This document shows positions 60,313-64,000 of a stretch of DNA of 64,000 nucleotides, one piece after another (position 1 is the first letter of the stretch; each line of letters begins with the position of its first letter). The stretch spans positions 4,156,384 to 4,220,383 of the forward strand of contig JAHRHZ010000099.1 of NCBI GenBank assembly GCA_024137785.1, read 5' to 3'. The position numbers were made by a program, and so were the translations under genes. The notes beneath the pieces were generated by a model that did no database searches, was not told the origin of the DNA, and saw only the letters and a list, made by a program, of their open reading frames with translations. Source of the stretch: Ginglymostoma cirratum (Eukaryota).

Positions 60313-62427
60313 AAACATCATTCATATAATGTTCAGAAGAATAGTAACTTCTCAACAGGATCAATTCAAGTGAAGATGAGTGAGAGCAGAGTCACCTCAA
60401 ACCACGAGCTTTTCCTTTCTGTCCGGTCTGGGAGCTCTTAAATAGTGACCTCAGCTATGGAACTCACTTATTCAAGTGTTGTTGATTTTGTGGAGACTTT
60501 TTGTCATGAAAGTGCACACAAGCCCTTAGAGACAGCTTTGGCACTGTTGGAGTTTCATTCTAAAACAGGAAGTATAATTATGTCAGGATCTGAACTTAGA
60601 ACAGCCTTAACTAATAGATAAGGAGCTGACCATTGGTTAGACTTGCCAGAAACAAAGTTTTCATTAAACTAAGTAGTCAGGAAGTTGTGAGTATCGAACT
60701 TGTGTCGCCTGATGGAAATAAAGTGGTATCATCAGAAACATGGAGAGGATTGGATGATCAGTGAAGAAAATCTTTTATCTGAAGTAGGCGTTTTGTAGGA
60801 GAGAAGACAGAACTCTGATTGTGAGAAAGAAGAGAGAGACATAGTGGTAGAGAAGAAGCCAGATAGGCAGCCAAAATATAGCCCTTTAGGGGAGTAAACT
60901 TGCTTTTTAAAAAGCAACCTAGAATTGGTGAGCAGCATCTAAATTTTGTGCCTTCATCCAGACAATAGCTGTCTCCCTGGCTACTTGAGTGTCTTCTTGG
61001 ATATTGGTTGACAGGATCAAAACTCTAGCTGGTATAAACGTGCACTCCACATGGGTTGTGGTATTACTTAGGCCAGAATCAGAAATTTGGTTATTTAGAT
61101 CAGTGCTTAAACTAAGAACTGAAGTTTTCTTCCTTATCCCCTACCCTCTTTCTGCCCTGCCCTGTTTCTTCATTGAAAATTGTCAACCAAATGTCGATGT
61201 TGCTAATAAGCTGATTACTTCCTCTGTTGTCCTTTAAAAGACATATTTGCATGCCCTCTGCAAAAAAAGGGTGGTTGAATGAAATTTGTGTTGTCTCATT
61301 ACTTCCTATAACTTGCATCACAAGCTTAGCAATATTATCTGAATAGAAAATGTTGTCTGAATACTGTTGGAGTTAGGGGCAGGTTCATAGTCTATATATG
61401 CATGTTCAAGTAAATATGATGCTTTGATGCAAAGGAAAAGAATGGTTAAGTTATCAAACAAGCTCATTGGTAATGCTTATTTTTCATCTTGCAATACAGA
61501 GCTACTATTCAATAATATGATATAGGATGCTACTCTGAGGAAAATAAGATTTCACTACTGAATAAATAAATCTGTCAAGCTCTAGATCTGAAGCATAATT
61601 GAGTTACTGACTCATTGCATTAGTATGTTTCATTACATATTTGCATAGGTATCTCTGTCAGAAATTCAAACACTTAAGGAATTGAAAAACAACCAACCAG
61701 TACTACTGTAGGATGTTTTCATGTGTTTTAATACATTTAAGATGTGGTCAGCTTCTTGGAAAGTATTTTGAGCTTTAAGTACATTGTAGATTTTATCTTA
61801 ACATGCTATTTAAGACCTAGTGGGATTTTTTTTAAAAAGGAATGATTATTCTCCTAAACCAATGGATCACAATGAGATTAAGAAACCTCTGAACTTCCTC
61901 CCCCCGCACCCCCACCAATTTGGTTTTACATAAAATTTTAAGGCAATTCTCTAATAATTTCAAGTTGCACACTGCACTTGTAATTGGTATTTGGTACAAA
62001 TGATTTTAATATCTCTTGATTTTAATATATACATATTTGAACTCAAACTGCTGTATTCTTCCCTTGTCAAGTTATCTACAAATGCTACATCTAACATTGG
62101 GAGCAGAACATAATTTTGCACGTGATGGTGATGGTGATGGTAAAGGTGAAGCAATAAAATGTAGAATACACTTAAAAAGAAAGTCGAGTGTTCCAATATT
62201 TGCTTTTTGAAAGTCATACTAATTGTTTGAAATTTGAACAAAAGATTTATGAAAAATTCCATTTAAATAGCACATGATAAACAGTGGCTTACTGTTGGGA
62301 TAATCTTCACTCTGTTTTTTGAGAGTCACCAGCATTAAAGCATTGTAGCTCCCTCTTCTGGGCACGTAGGTAGAGCAGGAAAAGACATCAGATGTCATCA
62401 TTTAATATTTGCACAGAATTATGTAAA

Positions 62428-62545
62428 GGAGGTCTTGTCACCCAGTAAAAGCATTCCTATTTCTGAGCCAGAAGATCTGGGTTTACATTCCATGCCAGGA
62501 CTTGTTGAAATGTTTGTTTTATGGCCTGTTGAGTTGGGTATCAGT
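62428..62545 (+). mobile_element. Short tRNA-derived SINE, decayed
   Basis: ggtcttgtcacccagta..cctatttctgagccagaagatctgggttt. Confidence 0.55.
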
Positions 62546-62789
62546 CTGTAAATCTGTTCAATGTCCCTCAGGGCAGGCAGAAAGAGCAGAAGAGTTAGCT
62601 GGTCAGCCACCTTGCAGAATGCAATGGCAAGCCACTACAATACTTTACTCACAAACTTGAACCAAGCCAATTGTCATACCCTCTGTAATCAAGATAGAAG
62701 CAAAGACAGAATTACATCAAACATAGCCTCCTTCTGGGCCCTATCTGGCCTAGCTAGTTTTAACTAGTGTTTATGTACCAGACCAACAA

Positions 62790-64000
62790 ATGGATACTGC
62801 AACAAATATGGTGAATATATAACATATTTTGATCAATTGTCAAGAGTGAAGGTTAGAACTCAGCATTCCATAATAGTCTCCCATCCATTGTCATTGGCCT
62901 GGTGATCCCAGATGTCATTCCTTACACCTGTATGAAATTGCTATCTAGTAGGTTCCATAACATCATTTTACACACAATTATTTACTTTCTAAGCACTATA
63001 AAAATCATATCTGTACAAGCAGAAGTAGGAAATTGTATGGTTTTGGTGAACAAGCTCCTGAAGTCATGCTTTTCTTGTCCAGCTACTATGCTGTCGTTAA
63101 CCTGGCAAAAAGGAACATTGCCCAGATATGTCCAAACCTGCCAGTTACTGCCTCATCAGTCTACTCTCCATTGTCAATGAAGTGATGGGTTGGATTTTGA
63201 GAGTGCTGTCAAGCAACAATTACTCTGTAATAAGCTGCTCATTGGCACTCAGTTTGGGTTTTGCCAGGATCACCCAGCTTCTGACTTCATTACATCCTTG
63301 GTCTAAATATGGTCAAAAGAACTGAATCCCAGAAGTGAAGTGAGAGAGGCTGCCATTGGCATCCGTACAGCATTTGACATCAAGGAGCTCTGCCAAAACT
63401 GGACCCAGTTGAAATCAGGGAGAGAAAATTCTCCACCTTTTGAAGTCATACCTAGTACAAAGAAAGATGGTTGTTGTTGTTTGTGAATCATCTCAGTCCC
63501 ATGTGGTCGCTGGAGGAGTTCAAGATAGTGTCCGAGACCCAGCCACCTTCAGCTGCTTTATAAGGGAATTTCACTCCATTATAAGGTTAGAAATTCTGCA
63601 CAACGTTCAATATTCATAACTCCATAAGTGCTGAAGCAACCTGTATCCATATGTAGCAAGACAACTTTGGGGCTTGGGTTGCTAAGGGGCAAGTATAACT
63701 GTTTCTGCATCGTATGTAGAAGTTGCACGTTGAATTACCTGAGAATTTGAATATTCCAATAGACAATTCCTTTAAGCCTGGATCCCTAAACATATCTGAA
63801 CAAACTGGAGAATTTAGAGAGTTCCATTTATCAAGTAAATTGTAATCTAGCAAAAGCTCAACAAATAAAAGCCTAGTCGAATTTCTGTGGAAATATTAAA
63901 CTGAGCCCCTCAATTCACCACATCTTGCAGACATATTGCAAACCAAGATCCGACACACCACCTCTCTGCCTGGGACCTGAAAGTCCTCTGCCATTAAACC
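62790..64000 (+). mobile_element. Second-family LINE ORF2 relic
   Basis: YCLISLLSIVNEVM, QFGFCQDH, AFDIK, V..GVQDSV..P.TFSCFI remnants of RT motifs. Confidence 0.7.

Noticed and set aside
59526-64000. Next CIT exon (LNDLEKKHAMLEMNARSLQ-like)
   Set aside because: Not found in the remaining sequence; presumably beyond the window end.

Overview
Vertebrate nuclear genomic DNA, almost certainly from a cartilaginous fish (shark), judged from its HE1/V-SINE, DeuSINE and CR1 repeat content. The whole window lies inside one + strand gene, citron Rho-interacting kinase (CIT). I traced 16 GT-AG exons (694-59525) that splice in frame to about 696 aa of the coiled-coil region (MDQEV...AESLSDT). The kinase domain lies upstream of the window and the Rho-binding/C1/PH/CNH domains downstream. 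Almost all other ORFs in the track are transposon debris or chance. The introns hold many CR1 and L2 LINE fragments, an RTE LINE, a pogo transposase relic, a complete but decayed Gypsy LTR element, a second Gypsy gag relic, a GalEa-like Copia relic and at least four SINE families. The most striking signal is about a dozen short repeats derived from Penelope-like element (PLE) termini. They carry minimal hammerhead-ribozyme motifs (CTGANGA-stem II-GAAA-palindrome-NUH) in three sequence families, and several are self-complementary ~150-210 bp hairpin insertions with 11-13 bp target-site duplications. A ~170 bp direct repeat of unknown identity brackets the 42-codon exon that, from recall, is alternatively spliced in mammals. 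All family names come from recognising motifs by eye, not from database searches, and repeat boundaries are approximate.
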